Assembly: GCA_963705185.1 (NCBI GenBank)
Contig: CAVPJF010000004.1
Coordinates: 26,966 to 90,965, forward strand
From: an uncultured Bacteroidales bacterium
GTDB taxonomy: Bacteria; Bacteroidota; Bacteroidia; Bacteroidales; JAADJA01
DNA: 64,000 bases
Reading direction: 5' to 3'
The notes under the pieces are model-generated. The model ran no database searches. It had not been told where the DNA came from and saw only the letters and a program-made list of their open reading frames with translations. Of the stretch, positions 32,413 to 42,271 are shown piece by piece (within the stretch, counting starts at the first letter, position 1; the number at the start of each line of letters is the position of its first letter). The position numbers and the translations under genes were made by a program.

Positions 32413-33255
32413 ATGATAAAATTAAAAACTCCTTTATTTCTTTCCTTGCTGCTAATAATCTTAGGTTTATTGCCGCAGAATCTTTTTTCTCAAAAAGAAA
32501 TATCGGTAACCGCCCGCGGCAGCTATGAAGCCCGTGACCTCACTATTGAAGAGATAAGAAACAAAGCGATCGACGAAGCCAAGAAGAATGCAATGGTAAA
32601 GGCTGGAATTTCTGAGAATGTCCAGGTTTCAGACTTCCTTTACACTTTTGAAGATGATGAGAAGTTCAAGGAAATTTTTCAATCATTCGTTTCTACTGAG
32701 ACCGGCGCAGAAATTATGGTCGAAGATGTGAAGGAACTCAAAAGGGATATCAATGAATTTGGGAATATCCTGATCGAGGTTGAGATTTCGGCAATTGTTT
32801 ATAAACATGAAGATAAAAAAGATCCTGCTCTGGTTATAAAAGTGGATGGAATTAAAGAACTTTATCTTGAGGACGATCCTTTGGTTTTCAGTTTCACTGC
32901 TTCCAAAGATGGCTATCTGAAAATTTTCAATGTTACGGATGAGACAGCGTTTATTCTATATCCTTATAACGATCCGGCTTATAGTTACCTGAAGGATGAT
33001 CCTGAGCGAATTTTTAAAAAGAACGAAAAAGTTCATTTTCCTGTTAATCAGAACATGGAGGGATATTATTTTGGCATAGATAATGAAGATAAAGATAAGG
33101 AATACAATTTGCTGATATTCGTTTTTACGAAAGAAAATATTCCTTTTATGCAAGATGTAAAAGTGAATAATATTATGAAATGGATTTACCAGATTCCTTT
33201 AGAGGATAGAGTTGTAGAACAATATGGAATTGTAGTGAAAAGAAAAAGTAATTAA
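32413..33255 (+). CDS. Exported protein: FlgT_N/LPP20-like domain + DUF4384-like domain
   Basis: V.ARG......TIEEIRNKAIDEAKKNAMVKAG in the N-domain; Y...D.L.F.F..SKDGYL.IF.......ILYP in the C-domain. Confidence 0.65.
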   Translation: MIKLKTPLFLSLLLIILGLLPQNLFSQKEISVTARGSYEARDLTIEEIRNKAIDEAKKNAMVKAGISENVQVSDFLYTFEDDEKFKEIFQSFVSTETGAEIMVEDVKELKRDINEFGNILIEVEISAIVYKHEDKKDPALVIKVDGIKELYLEDDPLVFSFTASKDGYLKIFNVTDETAFILYPYNDPAYSYLKDDPERIFKKNEKVHFPVNQNMEGYYFGIDNEDKDKEYNLLIFVFTKENIPFMQDVKVNNIMKWIYQIPLEDRVVEQYGIVVKRKSN

Positions 33256-33271
33256 CCTAAAAACAGGCAAT

Positions 33272-34039
33272 ATGAAAAGAATCTTTTTTTTGTTTTCAAT
33301 GGTATTGGGCTTTACACAGATTGGGTTAACCCAAATTGATAAAATGCGCGATCAGTTGGATGACGCCGGAGCCGAGGAACAAGGCATGCTCACTTTGCGA
33401 TTTTTCAATGCTGAAAATGGTGACCCGGTTGCCGATGCCACTATTGCTATTCAGGATTTTCAGACGTTAACCACCGATCTTGAAGGCAAAATAAGGTTTG
33501 CGAAGCAACCCGATGGCGTTTATCCATTTTCCTTTGAAAAAGAAGGCTTTATTTCTGAAAACAACAAGTTTGAAATCATAGCAGAAACCATTTTCCGGAA
33601 CCGATTCACCGTTTCACCTGTTATTGCAATGGGAGCCATCCGTATCGTACTTGATTGGGATAAGAATCCCGATGACCTGGATGCTCATTTTGTAAAAGAA
33701 GGAGATTACCATATTTCTTACCGTGAAAAACTTACATCATCTGATGGTAAAGCAGTCCTTGATCGCGACGATCGGGATGGTTTTGGTCCCGAGACCATTA
33801 CGGTTAAGGATATTGATGAAAAAGCTGAATATACTTATTATGTAAAAGACTTCACCAATCAGAAAAGTAAAAATTCCAAAGCTCTTTCCAAATCAAATGC
33901 GATGGTTAAAATTTATGGTGAAGGCAAGCTTTTAAACATCTGGCAGCTCTCTGAAAAACAAAAAGGCAATGCCTGGATGGTATTTGCTATTCAAAACGGA
34001 AAGCTGGTTCCAACAGATGAAGTGAAGAATTATTATTAA
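33272..34039 (+). CDS. Exported protein: carboxypeptidase-regulatory-like domain + YfaP (DUF2135)-like domain
   Basis: G.PVADATI...TTD.EG...GVY...FEKEGF; IRIVLDW...PDDLDAH...LDRDDRDGFGPETIT...YTYYV. Confidence 0.8.
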   Translation: MKRIFFLFSMVLGFTQIGLTQIDKMRDQLDDAGAEEQGMLTLRFFNAENGDPVADATIAIQDFQTLTTDLEGKIRFAKQPDGVYPFSFEKEGFISENNKFEIIAETIFRNRFTVSPVIAMGAIRIVLDWDKNPDDLDAHFVKEGDYHISYREKLTSSDGKAVLDRDDRDGFGPETITVKDIDEKAEYTYYVKDFTNQKSKNSKALSKSNAMVKIYGEGKLLNIWQLSEKQKGNAWMVFAIQNGKLVPTDEVKNYY

Positions 34040-34190
34040 TCCCCTGAACAATTTGGGAGTTTATGTGTCTTTGTATCCAGAAAGGATATTTCTTTTCATT
34101 TCAATAACTAACATTGATTAGAAAAGAACCCGGAATTGTTTCAAGAATATAAAAAATATCGAAGTATTATTTTATCCCAAATCAGAGAAT

Positions 34191-35009
34191 ATGGACACTA
34201 AAAAGATCATCGTACCAGTAGATTTTACAGAAGCTTCAGACCAATCAATAAAGCAGTCTGTTGCAATTGCCCGAAATGGAAATTATTCAATTACACTTTT
34301 TCACGTCATCAATAATGAATCGGCTAATAAAACCGAATCTTCCAGTTTTGAAGAGAAGCTTAAAGAAATAGCGGATAAAGTTTTAAAGCAAGGGGTAATT
34401 TGCGATTTTAAAGTTGCTGCCGGTAATATCTTCGATGAAATTCCCAGGGTGGCCAACAAATTTGACCACCAGTTAATGGTAATTGGAACACATGGAATAA
34501 AGGGGATCAAGCAGAAGTTATTGGGAGCAGACATGTTAAAGCTGATTCGAAAGGTTAAAATACCTTGCCTTGTGGTTCAGGCAAATTGTGCCTGCAGGAA
34601 TTTCAACCCGATTGTATTGCCGGTTGGCGGGCACGAAGGATTCAGGTCATTGATTGATGCTACTGCCATGATGGCTAAATTATTTGGTTCGGAAGTTCAT
34701 ATTTATTCTGTCATCCGCAAGGGAGACGAAGGGTCTCCAAAACTAAAGGAAAATACAGCTTTTGCAATGCGTCACTTCGAAGAAAATAAAATTCCATTTA
34801 AGCGTGTCGCGGAAGAAGTTACTGTAATTTCAGTTGGCTTTGCGAAACAAACCCTTCAATATGCCAATAAGGTTAGCGCAGGATTAATTTCGATCATGTC
34901 GGTAAAGACCGATGAGTATTATTATTTTGCACAGGCTGATAAGGAAACAATGATTAACAACGAATTTCATATCCCGATTCTTTGTTCGAACGGACTGGTG
35001 CATATTTAA
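34191..35009 (+). CDS. Universal stress protein (tandem Usp domains)
   Basis: KIIVPVDFTEAS, LFHV, LMVIGTHG..G...LLG and IPCLVV. Confidence 0.9.
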   Translation: MDTKKIIVPVDFTEASDQSIKQSVAIARNGNYSITLFHVINNESANKTESSSFEEKLKEIADKVLKQGVICDFKVAAGNIFDEIPRVANKFDHQLMVIGTHGIKGIKQKLLGADMLKLIRKVKIPCLVVQANCACRNFNPIVLPVGGHEGFRSLIDATAMMAKLFGSEVHIYSVIRKGDEGSPKLKENTAFAMRHFEENKIPFKRVAEEVTVISVGFAKQTLQYANKVSAGLISIMSVKTDEYYYFAQADKETMINNEFHIPILCSNGLVHI

Positions 35010-35066
35010 AAATCAATTATAGGATTAGTGTTTGGGAACACGAGAATAACGAAATCTGTTTTTTCG

Positions 35067-36812
35067 TTATTTAACCACCTTCAATTTTAACTCATCCAAC
35101 TGCTCCTTCGAAATTTCAGAAGGAGAATCGATCATCATATCACGACCAGCATTGTTTTTTGGGAAAGCGATATAGTCTCGAATTGAATCGGATCCACCGA
35201 ACATAGCCACAAGCCTGTCGAAACCAAGGGCAATGCCACCATGTGGAGGAGCGCCGTATTCAAAGGCATTCATCAGGAATCCAAACTGGTTTTGCGCCTC
35301 CTGATCAGAGAACCCGAGAAGGGTGAACATCTGTTTCTGAAGATCTTTATTGTGTATCCTGATGGAGCCACCACCAATTTCCACACCATTAATAACCATG
35401 TCGTAGGCATTCGCCCTGATGGACCCTGGATCGGTTTCCATCTTTTCAATATCCTCCGGTTTGGGCGACGTAAAAGGATGGTGCATTGCATAGTAGCGCT
35501 GGGTTTCTTCATGCCATTCAAGCAATGGAAAATCCATCACCCACAATGGTTTAAAGATATTCGGATTTCGTAATCCAAGGCGGTTGCCCATCTCAAGCCG
35601 CAATTCGCTGAGGGCTTTGCGGGTTTTATTCTTTTCACCGGCAAGAATGAGTATGAGATCGCCTGGTTTTGCATTGAATTTTTCAATCCATAGTTTTAAA
35701 GCGTGCTCATCGAAAAATTTATCTACTGTCGATTTGATAGTTCCATCAGAATTGTATTTGATATAAACAAGTCCCTTTGCTCCGATCTGCGGTTTCTTCA
35801 CAAATTCAGTCAATTCATCCAATTGTTTTCGGGAATATTCAGCACAGCCATCGGCACAAATTCCCACAACCAATTCTGAAACATCGAAAACGCTGAATCC
35901 TCTATTTTTAGCAAAATCATTCAATTCTATGAATTTCATCCCAAACCGAAGATCCGGCTTATCGCAACCATAATTCTTCATGGCTTCGTCAAAAGTCATC
36001 CTTGGAAATTCTTGCAGTTCAATGCCTTTTACTTTGCTGAACAGATGTCTTGCCAGACCTTCGAATGTATTTAAAATATCTTCCTGTGTAATGAACGACA
36101 TTTCGCAGTCAATTTGGGTAAATTCAGGTTGACGGTCGGCACGTAGATCTTCATCCCGGAAACAACGCACGATCTGGAAGTATCGATCGTAGCCTGCTAC
36201 CATCAGAATTTGCTTAAAGGTCTGAGGTGATTGGGGCAGAGCATAAAATTGTCCTTCATTCATTCGCGATGGAACGACAAAATCCCGTGCGCCTTCGGGC
36301 GTGGATTTGATAAGAAAAGGTGTTTCTATTTCAAAAAATCCAAGCGAATCCAAATAATTCCTCGTTTCCATTGCCATCCTGTGGCGCAGTGCCATATTTT
36401 GTCGGAGTGGATTTCTGCGGAGGTCGAGGTATCTGTATTTCATTCGCAATTCATCACCACCATCCGAATTATCTTCTATGGTAAAGGGAGGTGTGGCAGA
36501 TGAATTGAGCACAACCAGCTTATCAACAATGATTTCAATATCTCCCGTTGGCATTTTGGGATTTTTATTGCTTCGTTCAGCAATTTTTCCTGAAACCTGA
36601 ATGACAAATTCGCGTCCCAACTTCCTTGCTTGTTCACAAAGTTCAGGAAGGGTCTCCATATTGAAAACAAGCTGAGTAATTCCATATCTGTCGCGGAGAT
36701 CAATAAACGTCATACCGCCCAGGTCGCGCGATTTTTGAATCCATCCGGAGAGGGTTACATTTTGACCAACATGCTGAATGCTTAATTCACCGCAGGTGTG
36801 TGTTCGTAACAT
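35067..36812 (-). CDS. aspS: Aspartate--tRNA ligase
   Basis: [47 protein letters not shown] and [14 protein letters not shown]. Confidence 0.98.
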   Translation of the reverse strand: MLRTHTCGELSIQHVGQNVTLSGWIQKSRDLGGMTFIDLRDRYGITQLVFNMETLPELCEQARKLGREFVIQVSGKIAERSNKNPKMPTGDIEIIVDKLVVLNSSATPPFTIEDNSDGGDELRMKYRYLDLRRNPLRQNMALRHRMAMETRNYLDSLGFFEIETPFLIKSTPEGARDFVVPSRMNEGQFYALPQSPQTFKQILMVAGYDRYFQIVRCFRDEDLRADRQPEFTQIDCEMSFITQEDILNTFEGLARHLFSKVKGIELQEFPRMTFDEAMKNYGCDKPDLRFGMKFIELNDFAKNRGFSVFDVSELVVGICADGCAEYSRKQLDELTEFVKKPQIGAKGLVYIKYNSDGTIKSTVDKFFDEHALKLWIEKFNAKPGDLILILAGEKNKTRKALSELRLEMGNRLGLRNPNIFKPLWVMDFPLLEWHEETQRYYAMHHPFTSPKPEDIEKMETDPGSIRANAYDMVINGVEIGGGSIRIHNKDLQKQMFTLLGFSDQEAQNQFGFLMNAFEYGAPPHGGIALGFDRLVAMFGGSDSIRDYIAFPKNNAGRDMMIDSPSEISKEQLDELKLKVVK

Positions 36813-36885
36813 AAATCAGGTATAAAAATTAAGGTTGCGAAATTAAGGAAATTGGCTTATAACTTTTCAATATCTAAGAACTCGA

Positions 36886-37576
36886 TTAAAGAAACAAAAT
36901 ACTTCCTCCGTCAAACAATGGCCCATCATAGAGTTCAATGATTTCATAATCCAGTGTCTATAGATGTAATTCCTTACCTTTTCACCATCTTTGAATTTAC
37001 TCTAAATTTCCTAGAATAAAAACTTTATTTTCATAAACACCACAGGCTCCGCCGAAAAATCCGTGCTTCATTCCCGGTAAGAGGATTTCGCTGGGATCCA
37101 CGATTAAATTCTTCAAACCAATATCCATCAAGAACTCTTGCAATCCCAGCATCCGACGTAATAAAATGATCATCCTTTAAAGCAAGAAGGTTGCACCGTG
37201 TATAACCCTGTCCCGAATGAATTAAATCAAGTTCCTCTGTATGGTTTGAAATTACAGAATCGGTGTATCTGAAATTATGGATCAGGTATTTTGATGTACA
37301 GACTGCGTTGTATCTGGCGGTATCAGGGTATTTTTCTCCAACCAAAGATTCACCTTCGATGAAGGAAATACCATTTTTTGCCAGCGTGGTTTTATACTTT
37401 TCAGGCACATTGGGAGCTATAATCAGACGCCCGTTCATCTGACAGAAAAAAATATCGGGATGGCAAGAGATGGCAGGGTAGGTAATCTCTTCGGTGGAAA
37501 ATAGAATGACTTCTCCAAAGTTTTTAAGTGATTTCAGTGCTTTTGCAGGAATCCGTTGATCCACAAGACTAATCAT
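36886..37576 (-). CDS. DUF6873-like (amidinotransferase/GME-fold) protein; frameshifted 3' part
   Basis: ISCHPDIF, YP...YN, QGYTRC and ITSD.GI; the continuation GFFGGACG...LFDGGSILFL* ends at 36886. Confidence 0.7.
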
Positions 37577-37806
37577 TTTTCCAAGATTTGATGGATTAAC
37601 AAATTAAAACAAAATTTCAATTTCTTTTTGATTCCAGTTGAATTTGATCTCATTAACCATATCTTTGTCTTTCCATGAAAGATTTTTTAAGTTGCTTAAG
37701 GAATTTCGATCAGGTCATTACTACTGTTATTGCTGTGTTTCAAGTAACTTAACGAGAACCATGGCGTAAAATAGAAATTATTTATTCATTAAAAATTTAA
37801 GAGGTT

Positions 37807-38943
37807 ATGGCAAATCGAGTAAAATGTTTGAAAAGGAATTCTCTGATTTTGGTAATTGGATTTATTCTATGCGGATGCTATGCATTAACAGCGCAGGAAA
37901 ACAACATGGAAAACCAGAATTATTCAATCAATTTTAAATCCATGGATTCTCCACCACGGCTAATAAACGAAACGAGCAAATATGGTTCTGATAATGATGT
38001 CTTGAAGCATGTAGCTGATTCGAAAAATGTGAAGTCATTATCAATTAAAATTGTCGAAAGTCAATCATATAATATCCTTCACGATATGGATGTTACCTGG
38101 CTTTCGGTTTGTCAGAATATGGGACATAATGCTTCTATCGAACAACAAACGTTTCTGGATAATACGGATTTTTTCAATACAACGGATATCCTCATAATTT
38201 CTTCCGGAGTAGTAGAAATGCCTGATAACAGAAGGGATATAATCCAGCAATATGTTGAACAGGGTGGCCCGGTTTACTTTCAATCTGAATATGATAAGAA
38301 TCTTACTTCCAACCAGGCATTTCAAACCATTGTCAATAACCTCAACGGAGTTTTTTCATGGGATATCATGATAACGGGTGATCTTCTTCCGATGAATGTA
38401 ACGGGTGTTTTGGCATCGGTTCCGAATAATGTGCCAACTTTAAGCTATTTCTGGTATGGTTCGGTGGGATTAGCAGACAATACTTTTGAGCCTTTTCTGG
38501 AATTCGATGGAAACCATTTCGGCTTTATTTTTACTCCTCCCAATAATGACCATGGATCTATGATTTCAATATCAGACCAGGATTGGGCTATTCAGTCAAA
38601 TGAGAAAATGCTCCTGATGGAGAATATTATTACCTATCTTACTTCAACTTTGACAGGAATTGAAGAACCAAAATCATTTGCATCTGAACTTTTGCAAAAT
38701 TCGCCAAACCCGTTTCATGGTTCTACAACTATTACCTTTAACCTAGATTATCCGGGCAATGTGAAGATTATGGTTTATAATTTACTTGGAACTTTAATTC
38801 AAATCCTTGCGGATGATTTTATGTCGACCGGCAGCCATTCTGTCGACTTTAATGGTGATAATGTTCCTGAAGGTCTCTATTTTTATTCATTGCAGGTGGG
38901 AAATAATATAGTGGCAACACGGAAGATGAACCTTGTAAAGTGA
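37807..38943 (+). CDS. T9SS cargo protein with a glutamine-amidotransferase-like alpha/beta domain
   Basis: Signal peptide; DILIISSG...IQQYVEQGGPVY; CTD QNSPNPF...GLYFYSL...RKMNLVK. TATCTTTG at 37660..37667. Confidence 0.8.
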   Translation: MANRVKCLKRNSLILVIGFILCGCYALTAQENNMENQNYSINFKSMDSPPRLINETSKYGSDNDVLKHVADSKNVKSLSIKIVESQSYNILHDMDVTWLSVCQNMGHNASIEQQTFLDNTDFFNTTDILIISSGVVEMPDNRRDIIQQYVEQGGPVYFQSEYDKNLTSNQAFQTIVNNLNGVFSWDIMITGDLLPMNVTGVLASVPNNVPTLSYFWYGSVGLADNTFEPFLEFDGNHFGFIFTPPNNDHGSMISISDQDWAIQSNEKMLLMENIITYLTSTLTGIEEPKSFASELLQNSPNPFHGSTTITFNLDYPGNVKIMVYNLLGTLIQILADDFMSTGSHSVDFNGDNVPEGLYFYSLQVGNNIVATRKMNLVK

Positions 38944-38963
38944 TAGAATTAAGTTTATCACAG

Positions 38964-39971
38964 TCAGGATGTTGAAATTTTCATCTGCCTGTTTTGAAGT
39001 CGGCCATCTGTAAGAAATTTAACCTTTTTGAACTTTTGTTTCAATAGCAATTTATTTTTGGAGTTGTAGCCAATTGCGGAATTTATCTGATTTGGAGGAA
39101 CTGTAATTTCAAGCAGATTTCCTTTGCCTGAGATAAAGGATGCAAGTTGCTCACCCCATATTTCCGTAAGCACCAGTTCGCGGAAAGAAGGATGAAAAGG
39201 CCCGGCAACAAGCTCATCACCCGAAAGCAATCCTTCGGATGGATGCAATCCAATTCTGATTACACTGATATTCGCTTCCTCAAAAATCTTTAATAACGCT
39301 GCAGACCAGGTAACAGCTTCTTCCAGTGAAAGTGGTTTATATTCGCCTGCATTGAACAGTTCTTCCAGTTTAGTACCTCTGATCACAAGGGATGGATAAA
39401 TTCGTGTGTTATCAGCTTTCAGCTCTATTATTTTTCTTGCAGTGTTAATGGATTTTTGTAAAGTGTCTCCCGGAAGTCCAATCATCATTTGAAGTCCAAG
39501 CGAAAACCCATGCTCTTTTATCATTTTGGCAGCAATCTCCGTATCTTCGGCTGTATGCCCGCGGCCTGACTTTCTCAGAACCCCATTATCCATTGATTGT
39601 GCACCAAGCTCGATGGTTTTTACATGATAATTCTTTAACAGATTTAAAACCTCAGGATGAATATAATCGGGCCGTGTTGAAACCCTTATTCCGGAAATTT
39701 TACCTTTTTCAATAAATGGTTGTACAATCTTCAGAAAGCCTTCCTGTTCAATTGGATTCAAGCCAGTAAAGTTCCCGCCAAAAAAAGCCAATTCAGTTTC
39801 AACCCCTTCCGATGGAATCGTTGATAAGTGATCGGTGATTATTTTGTTAATTTCTTCTGGTGAAGGAACTTTTAAACATCCTGAAATTTTCTTCTGGTTA
39901 CAATAGATGCATTGGAAGGGACAAGCCAACTCGGGTATAAAAACAGGTATGTTGAAATGTTTTTTTTTCAT
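38964..39971 (-). CDS. Elp3-like radical SAM protein (no acetyltransferase domain)
   Basis: IPVFIP...CPFQCIYCNQ (CxxxCxxC), AFFGGNFT, STRPD, IELGAQS, QMMIGLPGD and GPFHPSF. Start chosen at MKKKH (39971). Confidence 0.88.
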   Translation of the reverse strand: MKKKHFNIPVFIPELACPFQCIYCNQKKISGCLKVPSPEEINKIITDHLSTIPSEGVETELAFFGGNFTGLNPIEQEGFLKIVQPFIEKGKISGIRVSTRPDYIHPEVLNLLKNYHVKTIELGAQSMDNGVLRKSGRGHTAEDTEIAAKMIKEHGFSLGLQMMIGLPGDTLQKSINTARKIIELKADNTRIYPSLVIRGTKLEELFNAGEYKPLSLEEAVTWSAALLKIFEEANISVIRIGLHPSEGLLSGDELVAGPFHPSFRELVLTEIWGEQLASFISGKGNLLEITVPPNQINSAIGYNSKNKLLLKQKFKKVKFLTDGRLQNRQMKISTS

Positions 39972-40093
39972 CGGAAATTCTGGCATCAAATTTATATAAT
40001 TTTGACCGAGAATAAATAACATAGCCTTTAGAGCGTTGTTATAATTTCTTCAATCTTTAATCGGATACTTAGAAACTAAAAATTTAAATAATT

Positions 40094-40741
40094 ATGAAAA
40101 GTAGTAATGTAATGAAATTATCCCTGAAACTATTCCTCTTTTTGATGATTGGAGGAATTGTTTTCAGCACCAGTGCTTGTAAGAGCAAGAAAAAACTTGC
40201 ACAGGAAGCGGCAGCAAAAGAATACGCCGACAAAGTGGTTAAAGCAAAAGCCGAGCTTCAATCTATTCTTGATGATAACGGAACTATGCCTCTGGCAGAA
40301 ATGGAGCGCCGCTTAAACGATATCAAGTCACAAAACCTGAATGATCCAGGGGTAAATGCCCTTATAAAGCAGGTGGAAGATAAGATTGCAACGGAAAAAG
40401 CAAGATTAAAGATGCTTGAAGAGCAGAAGCAGCTTGAAAAAGCGAATAAGAATGTCGGGTATGGTTACATCAATGATTATTTTGTACAGATAGCCTATGC
40501 AAAAGATGTAACTACAGCCAATAATAAAATCGCCGAAGCTATGAAATTGTACGCTGGAAAAGATGTTCCGGTATTAATCATCATCAGCCAGGCCGATGGC
40601 ATAACAGATTATGACAAACCTACGACCATTGAAAAATATCTGAATTTCGTTAAGGATCAGAAAAAGTATACCAATGATATTTTCAGTGTAAAATTTGACT
40701 CATACGGACAGATTACGGAACTTGAATTAATTAAAAAATAA
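40094..40741 (+). CDS. Conserved hypothetical lipoprotein (coiled coil + small C-terminal domain)
   Basis: Lipobox TSAC-KSKKK; helical region; C-domain PVLIIIS...DYDKPTTIEKYLN...GQITELEL. TAATTTTG promoter at 39997..40004. Confidence 0.8.
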   Translation: MKSSNVMKLSLKLFLFLMIGGIVFSTSACKSKKKLAQEAAAKEYADKVVKAKAELQSILDDNGTMPLAEMERRLNDIKSQNLNDPGVNALIKQVEDKIATEKARLKMLEEQKQLEKANKNVGYGYINDYFVQIAYAKDVTTANNKIAEAMKLYAGKDVPVLIIISQADGITDYDKPTTIEKYLNFVKDQKKYTNDIFSVKFDSYGQITELELIKK

Positions 40742-40747
40742 ATAGAC

Positions 40748-41327
40748 ATGAAATCGAAAATATTTGTTATTGCAATTGTATTAGCTTCTTTTTCTCTTAA
40801 GCCTAAATGCCCAGGATAATCTCAGTCCGCAGCGGAAACAGGCGATTGATTCTCTGGCATTGGAAAAGGTTCGAGACCTCAGCAAGTACATTACCCTGAT
40901 TGGTGATAAGGGAACAGAATATTCCGAAGCTACCAGGGTGATCGACCGTGCTGTTGAGCTCTTTATGGATGGCAGTGAAGTAGGAGTGTCAACCTTAAAT
41001 ACCCAGGATGTTAATTACTATCCTGTAAGAACCTATCTTGAAAGGTTAATGCGCCTGAACTACAGTAAAGTTGATGTTGAATGGTATAAAATAGAGTATG
41101 TCAGCGACCTTGAAAGACAACCGGATGGAACCTACGTAGGTGTGATTACGATCTTTCAGAAATTTTCAGGTTATGACAAAGAAGGCGGACTCGTTTACCA
41201 GGACGTCACTAAAAAAGATATTACAGTCTACGTAAAACGTAAGGAAACACAAATAGCCGGGCGATTAATTGGTTTTTGGGATGTGTTGCTTGGAGATATT
41301 AGGGTAAAGGAGACATCCAAACCCTGA
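40748..41327 (+). CDS. Conserved hypothetical exported protein (possible NTF2-like fold); frameshift near 40805
   Basis: The ATG 40748 signal peptide MKSKIFVIAIVLASFSL joins AQDNLSPQRKQAIDSLALEKVRDLSKYI...WDVLLGDI. Confidence 0.75.
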
Positions 41328-41363
41328 TCTGATTTTTGATCATAAAAGAAACTATTGAATGAA

Positions 41364-41396
41364 GAGGCTGTCTCGAAGGATATTTGAGACAAGCTC
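41364..41396. repeat. Short hairpin sharing the MITE terminus
   Basis: GAGGCTGTCTC...GAGACAAGCTC; the same GAGGCTGT(C/A)TC end as the 173-bp MITEs. Confidence 0.55.
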
Positions 41397-41430
41397 AATC
41401 CATTGATCTATTCAAAATAATGCTATAAGA

Positions 41431-42271
41431 ATGTCCGGGTTTAAACTATTCTTTCTTGTATTGCCATTTGTGGTGTTGTATTCAACGTCAACTGCTCAAA
41501 ATAGCATCGGTAACCTTACCGGCGATGAAAGCTCGCTTTATGCTCAAACCAAACAGGTAAACCAGTTTTTCAGACGGTTTAACAACGAAGAAGACCGTTA
41601 CGGAGTTCGTTACTATCCAGGTGACAATTTATACCGTGATAATGCATTCAGAAATACTTATCTGAACATGATCTTTGATCAGTCGAGCAGTTTTATTGAT
41701 CAGGATATTAAAAAAGAATTTATTGAAGACGTAACCCGTTCCGGTTCTGCTAAGTTCCTGGAGTTTCACGGTGGATCATGGTTTGCAGAGCTCGCTGCCA
41801 CTTTTAATTATTATGGGAGCAAAGAAAATATGCTCTTGTTTTTGCAGCTTGAAGATGAAAACCTGGGTTCAAAATGGGTGATTACCAATGTTTATTTCAA
41901 TCGTTTCCTGCGACTTGTTTTATAAAGGAGATGAAAGCGAGATCACCAATTCATTCCTGCATCCGATGAGCCATGAACTTGACTTCATGAATATCTATAA
42001 AGCTTTCAGGGATAAAAATTACGTCGAATATTATGCAAGTCAGACTTATCAGCCAGATTATCTTTCCCTTTTGTTTTATGAAATAAAAAATGGAAACATG
42101 AGCTTTGTTAGTGCAGGCCAAATGAAGTTTCATTTTTTCCAGATCGATGGATGGTATTTCGAGCTTTCCTATTTCAACAGGCCGGGAAACAATTCCGGTT
42201 GGTTGATTTCAAAATTGTATAAAATCACAGATTCTGAAAAAGAAGAACTCATTAAATTCTATTTGCCTTGA
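41431..42271 (+). CDS. Conserved hypothetical exported protein; frameshift near 41915
   Basis: Signal peptide; KQVNQFFRRFN, WFAEL and KWVI, continuing FLHPMSHELDFM...FHFFQIDGWYF...NSGWLISKL. Confidence 0.75.

Noticed and set aside
24227-33255. LPP20/FlgT-like genes as a flagellar locus
   Set aside because: No flagellar structural, motor or export genes are present. The similarity is only at the level of a shared domain.
37680-37800. Leader upstream of the T9SS cargo gene as a riboswitch or ncRNA
   Set aside because: No recognisable aptamer consensus or convincing stem pattern by eye. An Rfam/Infernal scan would be needed to claim one.
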